Shown piece after piece: positions 15,001 to 32,239 of a DNA stretch of 64,000 nt. The notes beneath the pieces are model-generated. The model saw nothing but the letters and a program-made list of their open reading frames with translations, was not told the DNA's origin and did no database searches. Where the stretch lies: contig CM082596.2 of the NCBI GenBank assembly GCA_040954595.2, positions 2,013,854-2,077,853 of the forward strand. The letters are read 5' to 3'. Numbering within the stretch: the stretch's first letter is position 1; each line of letters begins with the position of its first letter. Both the position numbers and the translations under genes were made by a program. Source of the DNA: Balanoglossus misakiensis. Lineage: Eukaryota > Animalia > Hemichordata.

Positions 15001-15213
15001 TTCTGAGGGCCGTGATTTCAGTTGGGAAAGCCTCGCACGTACATACGTACTCGCGCCAGATCATTAGCATTTAGCGGTTGCAGCTTTTTAGCACCTCTGT
15101 CAGTTTCATTGTCTACGGCTCCCCTATGTTTTACATATGTTTACCGATCGCAATGCAGTCATAGCAACGATTTCTCCATACTTTATATATCATTCTCACC
15201 TCGATTTATCCAT
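1..15213 (-). CDS. ALS2: Alsin (Rab5/Rac GEF: RCC1-like, DH/PH, MORN repeats; the VPS9 domain would lie beyond the left edge), 3'-truncated by the window
   Basis: Phase-consistent GT-AG exons (minus strand): 15200-15213 (MDKSR), 8401-9867, 8173-8269, 7940-8011, 7685-7797, 7406-7547, 7150-7321, 6669-6924, 6369-6531, 6095-6226, 5842-5970, 3908-3981, 2907-3206, 2677-2742, 2461-2562, 2026-2302, 1675-1877, 1390-1554, 1070-1190, 762-919, 487-630, 214-393, <=35. RCC1 repeats ([16 protein letters not shown]), PH start [25 protein letters not shown] repeats ([14 protein letters not shown]) and [15 protein letters not shown] match recalled vertebrate alsin. Confidence 0.95.
1613..1636 (+). repeat. (CAT)n microsatellite
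   Basis: About 8 ATC/CAT units in an ALS2 intron. Confidence 0.9.
3557..3577 (+). repeat. (GA)n microsatellite
   Basis: Interrupted GA run. Confidence 0.8.
3710..3757 (-). CDS. ALS2: Candidate 48-nt cassette exon in the alsin PH domain ([15 protein letters not shown])
   Basis: ttcacag| acceptor and CA|gtaaga donor. Phase 2-2 matches the flanking exons; open frame. Confidence 0.65.
4720..4791 (-). CDS. ALS2: Candidate 72-nt cassette exon in the alsin PH domain ([24 protein letters not shown])
   Basis: tttttgttttgatttctag| acceptor and GAA|gtgagt donor. Phase 0-0, open frame. Confidence 0.6.
5369..5416 (-). CDS. ALS2: Candidate 48-nt cassette exon in the alsin PH domain ([16 protein letters not shown])
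   Basis: Branch point ctgactaac, pyrimidine tract, aag acceptor and CAG|gtattt donor. Phase 0-0 and stop-free in frame. Confidence 0.55.
8401..9867 (-). CDS. ALS2: Large alsin exon 2 (1467 nt) encoding RCC1-like repeats and a Ser/acidic insert
   Basis: 515-aa ORF in the track, with an acceptor at 9868-9869 and a donor at 8399-8400. Repeats such as [16 protein letters not shown] and ICCGSMHS. Confidence 0.95.
11347..11375 (-). CDS. ALS2: Candidate alternative first coding exon of alsin ([10 protein letters not shown])
   Basis: ccaaccATG TAT TCC TAT CAA CAA CCA TTG TGC TG|gtaagc. The phase-2 donor matches the exon-2 acceptor. Confidence 0.5.
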
Positions 15214-15777
15214 GGTCCAAATCGCCTAATAACAAACTGCAGAACAGACAATAACCCAGATCTGTTTCACTTCGACGGCGATCGCTGCATCTTCATCTTT
15301 TACATTCATTCAAAACCGGAAACAGTTCAGCGGAAACTGGTGAATATTTATGAGTTATTTGTTGGTGCAGCTGATCATGTAGAGAACTCAACATTGATTT
15401 TAAATCTCCTGTTATTTATCGATAAATAATCGTCAGAGGTGACTGGAAATGTAACAAATGATAGAAATATCACTTATAAATTCGATAGGTATTATCAATA
15501 AGTATTTTCCACCTAATTTATTGGGAAAAACTCTACGCTGAAAGTTTTGACAACGCTACTTCTTATATTTCTTTTCTCCACTGAGCGACTTTCCTTACGT
15601 ATCCTTACAGGAGTAAACATGTAACAAACAGTCGCACTGTTGGCCTAACAACGCAAGGCGTGAAAACAAAGTCAAGCGGGTACCAGGTGATCGCACGATC
15701 GTGGCTTGTTTTGGTCACCTTTCCGTCCATAAAACGCGCATTTTTCGCGTTTAACTGATTTTAAAATCTTTAAACGG
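15214..15777. promoter_or_regulatory. Bidirectional promoter region ALS2 / KIF9, including a probable non-coding KIF9 first exon ending at 15777
   Basis: Locally CpG-enriched. The ALS2 ATG is at 15213 (-) and there is a strong donor acgg|gtgagt at 15777 (+). Forkhead-type GTAAACA at 15613 and X-box-like GTTGGCCTAACAAC at 15639-15652. Confidence 0.6.
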
Positions 15778-16084
15778 GTGAGTTAAGTATATTATGTATT
15801 GTATGATGGAGATTTTTCAGCACAGTGCGACGTGTCACCGGTTGGTAATTATCTGTGTCACTGACATAGCCCACTGTACACAGTGCATATTATGACTTCT
15901 GACCGTCGTTGCAAATAAACCCCCATCCCGTCGACCATGTTGCTGATTATTTTCAGCAAGATAGCATAAGATTAAGAAGGTCTGAATCATTAGATCTGGA
16001 CAACAAGACATTCAATTTTTCACATTATACTAGTAAAAACAGCACGATGTCTTGTTGACATAATTTTAGTATCTAGTTAATGTA

Positions 16085-16176
16085 TAGCTGCAATCCAGTA
16101 GCTCCAGGTTTTTCCCCCCAGAGATTTTTGTGTTGAAAATCTCCAGGAAAATTCTGGAGCTACTGATCTGCAGCTA
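16085..16176. mobile_element. 92-bp fold-back MITE with 9-bp target-site duplication
   Basis: Termini TAGCTGCAATCCAGTAGCTCCAG / CTGGAGCTACTGATCTGCAGCTA are inverted repeats, and GTTAATGTA is duplicated at 16076-16084 and 16177-16185. Confidence 0.8.
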
Positions 16177-16435
16177 GTTAATGTATTGAATTTTGATTGC
16201 ACAAAATTATGAAAGATGATTTCAAATGCAGAGTCAGTGCATTGGTCAAGTTGTACATATCAAGAGTTCATAAAATGAATATTTTGGTTGTGATGGGCTA
16301 TGTAATCCATTGCTTTTAAATTCATTGTTTAGCATAATACATGACTTTTGTCTTATAGCAAAAGTCTGATTTGTTTACGTATATTGTCACAGGTTCTACA
16401 AATATCTTAAGCAGATAGAGTAAAGAGTCATCAAA

Positions 16436-19400
16436 ATGAGTGCAGTGGATGTCCGGGGAAGAAAGAATCGGGTGCATGTGTACGCACGTACACGACCCAC
16501 TGCACACTTTGCACATGACATGCTTGAGTTTTTGCCGGATGGAAAGGTGAGTTGAAATGTTTTCATTAGGTTGGATTAATCTGTTATTGTAATGAATTGC
16601 AAAGAGCCAGATTTTGTAAGGAATTTCATTTGGAACACTTTTTCACCAGATTGGAGTGGAGTAGCTTGTTAAGCCATCTTGTCTCTTTTTTCTCAGACTG
16701 TACACATCCATGGTAGGAAAGACACCAAACGAGGCGTTGTTAACAACCAACTCCTGGACTGGAATTTTAAAATGGATGGCATCCTGCACAATGCCAGCCA
16801 AGACGAGGTGTACAGCGATGTCGCATCGAGCATGGTTACAAATTTGTTAGATGGTTACAATGGGACGTTGATGTGCTATGGGCAGACTGGCGCTGGCAAA
16901 ACCTTCACCATGACAGGTGCCACAGAGAATTATCAACATAGGGGACTCATACCCAGGTCCTTAGCACAGGTATGGAAAATTTCATCCAAGTTCCCTCATC
17001 ATCAGAGGTTTCCCATCTGCTGTAGCTAGTTATAGATTATGATCCCCATCAACACACCCCTGATGTCTCTGTTTTCACACGACAGGTGTACAGGGAAGTC
17101 GAAGAGCGACCGGAACACGCAATCACCGTGCGGATATCCTACTTAGAAATTTACAACGAAACCATGTTCGATCTGCTGTCCACGCTACCAGAATCCATCC
17201 AATCAGTGCCCCAGATGACCATTGTTGAAGACGACCAAGGTGGGGTCAATGTCAAGGGCTTGTCTGTTCATCTTGCAAATACTGAAGAGGAAGCCCTCAA
17301 TCTACTCTTTGAAGTAAGTCACTTCACTCTTAGTTCCAGGGGGTAAAAATCATTATTGCTTATTCATTGTGATGATCTTGAGCACAAAAATCTCTAACTC
17401 AACTATTTTCTTCATCAACAGGGTGAAACCAACCGTGCCATTGCAGCTCATTCTCTCAACAGCGTCTCCTCAAGGTCGCATTGTATCTTTACCATCCATA
17501 TTGAATCCAGATCAAGAACGGAGTCTAACGCTAAATACATCCGATCCAAACTCAATCTGGTCGATTTGGCGGGATCAGAAAGGCTTGGAAAAACTGGGGT
17601 CAGTATTCAGATATTTTAAATAATTAAGTATTCACAATCTGCCATAATTGTCTATGTTCTGAAAATCCAAGTAAATCAGTCTAACCGTTGAAAGTTCTTT
17701 TCTTTTGTTTACAGTCTGCAGGCAAAACAGCAATGGAGGCCATGTACATCAACAAATCACTATCGTTTTTAGAACAGACTGTCATCGCATTGGCAGACAG
17801 AAAGAGAGAACATATTCCATACAGACAAACCAAACTAACACATGCTCTCAAAGATTCAATAGGTGAGTGCCATATGGTCTTGCATGGATTTATTGTGTGT
17901 CAGTTTTTAGATTCGATCAGATTATCCTGGTTTGGCTTTGAGTGTACGTGTTCTTGTACGATCTATTGCCAATTTCCTCACACTTTTGATAAAAATAAGT
18001 GTTATTGATAAATTCATTCACAACATTTCACAGGTGGAAATTGTCACACTATAATGATAGCCAACATCTGGGGAGAAGAAGCTCAAATAGAAGAAACCAT
18101 TTCGACTTTACGATTCGCCACTCGGATTATGTGCATCGCGAGCCAGCCTGCTGTCAATGAATACTACGACCCAGCATTACTTGTGAAGAAGTTAGAAAAA
18201 GAAATAACCTTTCTGAAACAGGAGCTTGCTATGCATGATACACTGGTAAGGGAGTATCGACTTGTATTCTGTCTGTGTGACAGTCAATTATTCTTGTTTA
18301 TGTAATTGTTGGTTGCAGGTGGCCCTTGTGGTAAGATAGATGTATTTCATAACATATTGCATTGTATATTTCCGTAGACCAACCGCAGTCAAGTCACCTA
18401 TGAGCCGCTCTCTGATGCGCAACAATTTGAGATACAACAGCAAGTTAGGAAATATTTGGACGGAACGCTGGATGAAATTGACATCGTCAACGTCAGACAG
18501 ATCCAGACCGTGTTCGCGGCTTTCAAGCGCGCTGTGAATATAATGGAGTCGGACGTGGAGAACAGACTGAGGACAAAGTTCACGTTGATTGACAGGACAG
18601 ATCCTAATGCAGTCGCTGCAGCACAGAAGGTAAAGCCAGATATGTCTGTACACAATCTCCGCAGTTTGTTCCAACATATTCTTCAGCACCAGTCCATCAT
18701 CCCTGTTGGGAGATTACACACATTATGTTTTCCTTGAAATAGTTTTTGCCTTGCAATTGAACTTGATGATTTTGATGAGGTCTTCAGGGTTTTCATGCAC
18801 ACATCTATTCATGGATTGGTCATCGATTTATTATGTTGTTTCCGGGGACCATGCTGTTCATTAAGCATCAGTGCATTACTTGGAAAACTTAAATATTTTA
18901 TTCTCTTTGTTTTCCCCCCGTTTTCTCTCTTGCTTTCCTTTATATTTTATTTCTAGGCTGGAGTGGTGTTTGATGAAAATGGAGAAGCAACATACGTAGG
19001 GGAGATGGATAGGCAGAGCTTTGGCATCGGCGTGGCCCCATCTTCCTCCAAACCAGCCAGCTCATCGGTTGTGGCTGCTAGGAAGGTTAAGAGTAGAAAG
19101 AGCAAAGAGCGAGCCAGGTAGCATTTTACCTGTCTTCAGTAACGTCAGCTCACTTTGGAGAAAAAAGCCACCCTGATCTTGGTCAGTTCAGATAACACCG
19201 CACCATGCTTTAAAAAAAAATGTTTTCACTAACTGTGTGGTCTCATAATTGATCTCACGCAGCTTGTATATATAATTCAGCTGCTGCTTCCCAAATGCCG
19301 ATCATTTTGGTGATGGGACAGAAACCCCGCCCTTGAAACCTGTTAACCTCATTTGCTTCATGTATTAATTTGAACCCTGCGATGCTGGATAATGCTTCGT

Positions 19401-22400
19401 CACTTGCACTTCTGTTTGAGTGAATGATGGGAAGGTGCTAGAGAGTGGTGTTGATGAGTGGAAGTGTAAAATAACCAGATAAAACAGAAAACAAAGGGAG
19501 ATCCAAAGGAAAATCATGATCAATAAGGTCAATTCTCTATCGTGTGAATGTCAGTGTTGATTGATTTCATCCGCCTTAATATCATGTTTTCATGTCATTG
19601 TGTGAAACCCTGCTGACTATACCCACAAACCCGGGCATTAACCCCTAAGCTTATGTTTGTTTTTTGCTATCCCGGCTCCCCAAGCACATGCATGCAATGA
19701 AAGTAAATGTCTGATTTAGTTCTGTTGTGTTGCAATCAAGAGCATCTTTATTGGAGAATGAATGTGACATGGGAGACTTGGTAGAAATTCTGAGAGAATG
19801 TTGAGTGGTTGCATGCTTGCGCTGTGTGATTTCTAAGAGCTTTGACGCTTGCATTATCAAAAGCTGATTTTGCAGAGGTAATATTGCACTAGCAAATGGG
19901 AAACAAATTGTGTGTTTACATCCAGATCTAAACTAGCCAACATCAGGCTGGGTATGGAGTGAGCTGACGTTACGGTATCATGATACTATCAGTAGTGCAT
20001 GTTCTGTTCTTATGCTACGTTAACCCTCCTATTCGCATGTCAAATGAACCTTCCTCTCGATCTGCATGTCTCGTCTTGTATCGTCTCGTCTCGTCTTCAT
20101 CAGTGTAACTTTACCAGGAGTAACCTACCCCTTGAGGTAGAGAACAAGGTTTTAGGGAACCTGATTGGTGCCTGTCTGCTCAACCGGAAGCCCATTGGAC
20201 ACTGGTGAACTCTGACCTTTCAGTGACCTATAAACTGACCTGATCTGCATATTCTATCAGGATTTTCATGTTTTACTGTTATACTTTTGATGCCTGTTTC
20301 ATATCTTGTACACTAACAAGAAATTAATGCTTATTTTCTACTTTAAGTTATAACCTTGTATCCATTTTCAAAATTGAAAGATGATTGAGCTCAACTTCAT
20401 TTTGAATATGGATACATAATTTTGTGCACTTTTCCCAGTAATTACTCTCTGCTTGCAAATGTTACTTGTATGTGTGTTAAAACTTTGTGACACTATTCTC
20501 TCTAGATAATTTTGAATTACATTCTGTGTGTTCTCTTATAAAACTCCAATCACAAGTAGACAACATTCTAAGTGACCAATTAGCATATTGACAGGGTGAC
20601 ACCTGTAGTACGGGTTTTAATGCACCAGTAATCTTTATCCCTAGTAATTGTTATCATCTTTTTGTCATAATTGGGTGTTTTAAATTTGCATGAAACTTGA
20701 GTGATAAATTTGCATATGGTGTAAATTTACTTTCTCTTGTATTGCCGTATTGGGTAGAGACTTTTCGGTGACTATTAAGTTCACACGTTTGACACTAACA
20801 CATGATGGAAACTAGATCCCACAAAAAGTTTGTCATTACCAAACTCAAATTTTGCAGCAACATTCTAGATTTGGTACTTCAATAATATGATGGCATCAAA
20901 TACTGATCAGTACCAAAGCTGTCATTGAAGTGTATTATCATTAACCAGTCAAAAAATGTGTGTCGCATTATATTTTTCTCTCCAGCCCACTGTCGAAGAG
21001 CAACATGCCGTCCAGCCCTGTACCCAGCACAATGCAGACAGAACACTCCTCCCCGACCAGACAGCTTGCTCCAGACACAAGAGAGTCTGTCCCTGGGGCT
21101 GATGCCACCACCCCAGTCAGTGGATCAGGTGGTCTGGGTGATTTACCCAGGGCCAGCACACCTCCACTCCGAACTGTGGCCTTTGAAGACTTCAAACAAC
21201 AAAGAGGCAGTGAGATTAATAGGATTCTGTCAGAAAATAAAGGTAATGGAAAAAACACAAGTGAAAATTCCATCTTTTATTTCAAAAATAATACAACATC
21301 AAGGTAACCACAGAAAAGAATCTCAATGATATTACAACCATAATCACGGCACAAGTACAGCTCCATGCATTGCAGCTCTGTGAATAAGTATTTTTGTTTA
21401 AATGTGGAAAAGACATGTGACAGATTTCCTGTGATTTCAGACATCCTGGCTCAGAAGAAGAAAGTGTGTAGAGACTTGGCCAAAACAATCAACGCTACAA
21501 AACAAGAGATTGATGACACGCGAGGTGCCATGGAGAAGAAGAGAACTGATAGAATTGAACAAGGTAAGCAAGGATGCAGTTATTTAATCCTTCATCCTGC
21601 CTTTTGACCATCAGACTTTGTTCTAATAAGATCGCTGGATGCCCAATGAAAGACATCACTCGATTAAATACACCTCCCTTTTGCAATCCATCCAGGAGAA
21701 TTTGTCAATGAAGATGGCGAGACAGTCATTGATGAGGAGGAGTTCAAACTGATCAAGAAACTGAAAGAACTGAAAGCGTTGTATCGTAGTGAGTACGAAG
21801 ATTTGAAAAGCGTGAAATCGGAGGTGCAATACTGTCAAAAATTAGTAGATCAGTGTCGACAGAGACTTATACAAGGTAAGTTATGAGATGGTTCTTTACT
21901 TCCCATGGGTTTCAAACAAAGTCTGATTTGTATCAAGTAGACATGTGTCTACTGAATGATTGAGTTTTACATGACAACTAAAATTATGGGTTGTTGTTTT
22001 TCTTTCCGTTAGAATTTGATTCCTGGTATTCAGAATCATTCCTGACACCATCGGACGAGCAGAGCAGTGCCCAGGCTGGATTTGGTGCCAGGCTTGGTAC
22101 CACATACACTGCAGACGTGAGTATAGTTATGGATCTTTTAGATAGACTGTTGCATAGATGAATTACCAGCAACACAAATTGTTGTCACTTTGATCAGAAA
22201 TCCTCATGTTTGTTCTCTTTCTGTTTTTCCAGCCTGAAGATGAGGGTGAAAGATTTGAGAGATTACAGACAGAATTGCTGATGGAAAACCCAGATTCTGC
22301 TGCTTTCTATAATGCTAAGATGAGGACAGAAAGGAGGGTAAGTTATTGAATGTTTTTGTTTCTTTCACCCTTTCACTACCATGGTTTGGTCCAACTCCAT

Positions 22401-22663
22401 TGTTTTCTATGGTAAAGTTGGACCTCTATAGAGGGAACTGGGGGTGAAAGGGTTAAAAGAATCACCTGGTTTCCCTGTTTCACAGAAATGTTTGGTTAGT
22501 TCTCATTCTCAATTCAACATAATCAAAGCTGTTTTCCGATTCCATATTTCAGCAAACATATGAGGAAGCAATGATGCAACCCCAGCCGGGCATGAAGCGA
22601 CCCCCTGGAACACCCACCATCAACATCCGCAACCAACCACCATCCATGCTGGTCCAATATTAA
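16436..22663 (+). CDS. KIF9: Kinesin-9 family motor KIF9, complete, 14 coding exons, ~813 aa
   Basis: Exons 16436-16546, 16697-16969, 17086-17313, 17422-17598, 17715-17862, 18034-18245, 18378-18629, 18957-19117, 20986-21242, 21441-21563, 21696-21875, 22013-22116, 22233-22337, 22553-22663 (TAA). P-loop GQTGAGKT, switch I SSRSH and switch II DLAGSE are present; RGVVNNQ..DW.FK.DG.LH and ELAMHD are KIF9-like. Confidence 0.95.
20104..20136 (+). CDS. KIF9: Candidate 33-nt cassette exon in the KIF9 stalk (VTLPGVTYPL)
   Basis: Long (gtctc)n pyrimidine tract plus cag acceptor, and gag|gtagag donor. Phase 2-2 matches the flanks; several TGCATG motifs lie upstream. Confidence 0.45.
22368..22452 (+). 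mobile_element. ~85-bp piggyBac-like MITE, copy 1 (KIF9 last intron)
   Basis: CCCTTTCAC...GGTGAAAGGG followed by TTAA. It is the reverse complement of the copy at 29915-29998. Confidence 0.7.
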
Positions 22664-24040
22664 GTTATAAATGCCACTTTGACGTTGAAATCGTGACAAT
22701 ACAAAGAAATTCTTGACATGCGGGAGCGATGAGAACATACACGCGGGATCTGAGGCATTTTGTGGTGATTGATGGAAACAAACTCCTGTCTGTCGAAAAG
22801 GCAGTTTCTCTGACTTACTGTTCGACTTGAAGATTGACAAATCCCAGCACTTAACTGTAAATAGCAGCACAGATTATGTTAATTTATGAAACAAACTTGA
22901 GAAAACAGTGTGAAGCTGGTGTTTTATAATAGCTTTTATACAAAAATCTGTATATCAAATTATTGCAAAATTAAAATCAAGGAAATACAAAAAATGGCAA
23001 GCAAAGATGTACTTTGTGTATAAAACTCCCTAGTGCACTGAGGATCATGTAATAGTCCCATTGCTTTTTGTGACACTTTGGGCACGTTCATTTGGAATTT
23101 AGGGGTGGAAAGTTAGGCATTTCATGAAACAATACCAAAGTTGTAAACCGTCCTTTTAAATTGTATGTTTGTCTTGGAATTCATAATTGTCAATATTGGT
23201 AAATTTTATAATGGGATATTTTACATGGGAAGGAGCTTTGTGTTGTAAATATGTCATATTTTATACATAAAATTGAATTCTACATTTCTTTCCAAAATAA
23301 GGCTAAATACCTCTTTGTTTGACAGGTGTGTTTTCACAAAGTGTAAACGGTGTGGCCAAGTATTACTTCTTAGACTTCTTACATTTTATTTGAGATTTGA
23401 TTCCTAACATACAGAGGTTTGAGTTGTTTTAGAAACTGATATACAGCTGCTGTCTGACAAGTTTAGAACCAGCAGGAATTAAAAATTGCAACTGTGACAA
23501 AATTCTAAACTATTTGTATGCTTTCTTGATCTTCCCCTACCCTTCATGAATGACTACACCTGTTCGTGTACCTAGTGAGTTTGACTGTGACCACAAGTGT
23601 TCACAACTATACGTTTGTAAAAAAATTTAAACATTAAAACTAATTTAAAACTGATCTAAGTGTCCATTTTCATTATGAAGTACACATTAATTAATATACA
23701 TGTAGTGACGCGTCTGTTGAAATGAACAGGTACCCAAAGAGCGCCCCCTTTCGACAATATAATGAAATTATTTTGTGAACTCTCACCAACTCAACTGTTG
23801 CAATGTACATATTGTATATCTATGTAGTTTTGACTTCAACTTTCAACAAAGGATCAATGACAATCAACATTGTGGATGTGTAAAATGAAAAATTACTTTT
23901 ATTTACATTTCAATAAATGTACATCTGATACATGCCATGATAACTAACTTCATGACCAAGCTGAAAAACCAAGTGGCTTTCAAAAAGACTTCATACACAA
24001 ACATAAACAATTATACAAGGAAAATGACAGCTGCGTCATT

Positions 24041-24814
24041 TTACAAGTCCATATGTGACATTTCTTTGTCTGGTAGCGTCACAAAGGCTTCTGCTGCATG
24101 TTCTTTCCTCCAGGCAAGGAAATTGTCTGCACCCAGCTCATCATGAAGTTTGGTTAATTTGACTTCAGACTTTGCTACCTCCTTGTTCATCCTGTAATGA
24201 TAAAACAATAGTACATCAAATTAATAATAGATCCATTCTTTGGAAACCCGTTTTTTACCCTTGCTAAGTTGCTCCAACCTTGTCTCAGAATCTGCTGATA
24301 AACATCATACAACATCATTCTTGCTTTAACACTTACCGCCTACTTTCTGCAATGGCTCTGTTGAAGAAATTCATTGTCCTGTCTGAGTCTATTTCATTGG
24401 TGTCATCAAACTTTCCTTCATTCTAGAAGTTAGAACACGCAAAAAAATAATCAAGTCAAAGATCTTAACTCTCGGTACATTCATGGTACACCATAGCTGC
24501 AATGATTGTAGCGGGTGCTGCTAGGTTGATGATGTGTGGGCTGCGAACACCCACGACAATCATTGCTGCAAGGTACATCCTACAATCTACATCAATGATC
24601 ATTACAGAAATGTACATCATGTAAACAAACACTGGCGACTGTGACAAAGGCTGGTGGTAAATTGTAATCTATTGATATTACAACGCACCTTCTGCTGCTG
24701 ATAATGCTCCGTTACGAACGTTTCGAGACTATTGGCCCCCTCTTGCCCAGAAATCGGCGTCTGCTCATTTTCTGGGAGTTCTTTGTTGTTAGCAACATCT
24801 TTGTCGTCCGCCAT
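24041..24814 (-). CDS. Uncharacterised 120-aa protein, 3 exons
   Basis: aaaATGG start. Exons 24689-24814, 24337-24422 and 24041-24191 have canonical, phase-matched splice sites. Translation: MADDKDVANNKELPENEQTPISGQEGANSLETFVTEHYQQQKNEGKFDDTNEIDSDRTMNFFNRAIAESRRMNKEVAKSEVKLTKLHDELGADNFLAWRKEHAAEAFVTLPDKEMSHMDL*. Minus-strand AATAAA at ~23898-23903. Confidence 0.8.
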
Positions 24815-25530
24815 TTTTTTTAAATGGCTGACAGTTAATTGCCCACCGATTCGCAAAAGAAATTAGAGAGCTGAATATAGCACATTTTGTCTCAGCTGCA
24901 TATTCGTACCAGAATTATTACATTCCACCTTCAATTTACAATATCTTGTAATTTAAACATATTTGTACAGACAGTTTGAAACAATTAAATCATTTGAATC
25001 CACAGACTACAAATAAGCAGCTGTGTTTTGTTCCGGTCTTCCCAGAATTCCTATTTCGCGCCACCACTTCATGAAAAGGTAAGTTATAAACTATTGTCCC
25101 GTTTTTGTCGGTGTTTTCATGAGTAAATGACAGTTTTGATTAAATTATGATAACTTGGGGCATAATTCGATAGATCAAACTTATCGCATGGGAAATTGTA
25201 CTGTCTGGAGTGAGTAGGACTAGAATAGGAATGCGAGGAGAGGATAGCATTATTTTCAAAATATATGAAATCGATTTAAGTTTTCTTCGCTCCTTTGTCC
25301 TAATATATGTTTCTAACAGCTCATAAGTCATTGTAGTTTTAATTACACGAGTCTCAGCTTCGGCAGACCGTTATTGCTACCAGGCAGACAGAAACCACGC
25401 GTGATCACGTATCCGTACGTCCATAACAGCGTTTGCGGTCATATGCAAATTTTCGTGACCTTGAAAACCAGGGCAGGTGTTACTGGGTCAATTGATGTCA
25501 AGTGATTAACAAGGCCATGGCGAGGTTTTG
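24815..25530. promoter_or_regulatory. Bidirectional promoter of the 120-aa gene and EZH2, with an E2F site and candidate EZH2 leader exons
   Basis: TTTCGCGC at 25054-25061, octamer ATGCAAAT at 25443, CpG-rich patch. Donors aag|gtaagt at 25078 and gag|gttttg at 25524. Confidence 0.55.
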
Positions 25531-25732
25531 TTTGTTTATTTACGTATCGATCCATTTTTTTGCATGCTTGTAATTAAATTCATTCGTGATGTATTGTAAG
25601 GTACTATCATTACATTATTTCAATTGTTTAAGACTTTTGGTGTGCTCAAAAATATTTCATGATGTCGCTATTCATTATTTTTTACTAGATTTATTTTGCA
25701 CTTATGGAAACCAGGTGACATCTGCACAAGTG

Positions 25733-31394
<5,662 letters not shown>

Positions 31395-32239
31395 CCACGA
31401 AAAGTACGACGCCTCAAGTCTACCTCTGCCGTGAAGAAATATCAGAGTTAGGAGGAGCGTCGTCAATAACCACCAGTTCATGCCAACAAATGCCACGTTT
31501 CAGCCTTGAGTTTGAATTGTCAATCATTTGTACAGTTTTCAAGTATTCCTCAACTCAACACCTTGAGAGAACACCGATATTCTTGTCAACCTTGTACAGA
31601 TGTTTTAATTCTTGCCAGTTATCTGCAAAAACCTTGCCTCACGAAAAGGCCAATATGGTGGAACTCTTGTGGATAAAAACAAAGTAAACAGAGACAGGTC
31701 GACAGAGGGCGGTTTTCACTGGATCTGCCCTGCTTGTATATAGATGCAGAAAATGATATCACTTTCTGCAGTTTATTTTTATTTTTTTGAATATTCCCGC
31801 AACTGCAAACCAAAAGCAATAGTATTTAGAAATATTAGAAACTAGGCTTTAGATGAATTTATGTTCTTGCTGAAGTATTCCTCTATGCAGATTACGTCTT
31901 CAAAACTTTTGTACCATCCGTGTCTTACAAGCTGGAAATATAGAAACAACTGTGTTGTAGATACTTCGAAAGGAGCTTTGTATATGACAGCTTACTGACC
32001 TAGCTTATATGTACTTTCTTGTAATAATTGTGTCTTTGTGTTAACATGTTCTGAATTTATATGAATAGTATACATGTTTTGCTTTTAGAATGAAATAAAT
32101 TCTTTTTACTCAATATCTGTACTTACTGGTATGTCATTCATTCAAGTGTGTTTGGTGGATGTTGTTGAAAGCTAATCGTTTTTATTGGAAAAAATGGCAA
32201 AAACAAAGGACAATAGCAATGCGACTTTCATCAACTAGC

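Noticed and set aside
24170-24350. ESRRMNK in the 120-aa protein as an H3K27M/EZHIP-like mimic
   Set aside because: Only the RM dipeptide matches; the flanks do not resemble AARMSAP or VRMRASSP.
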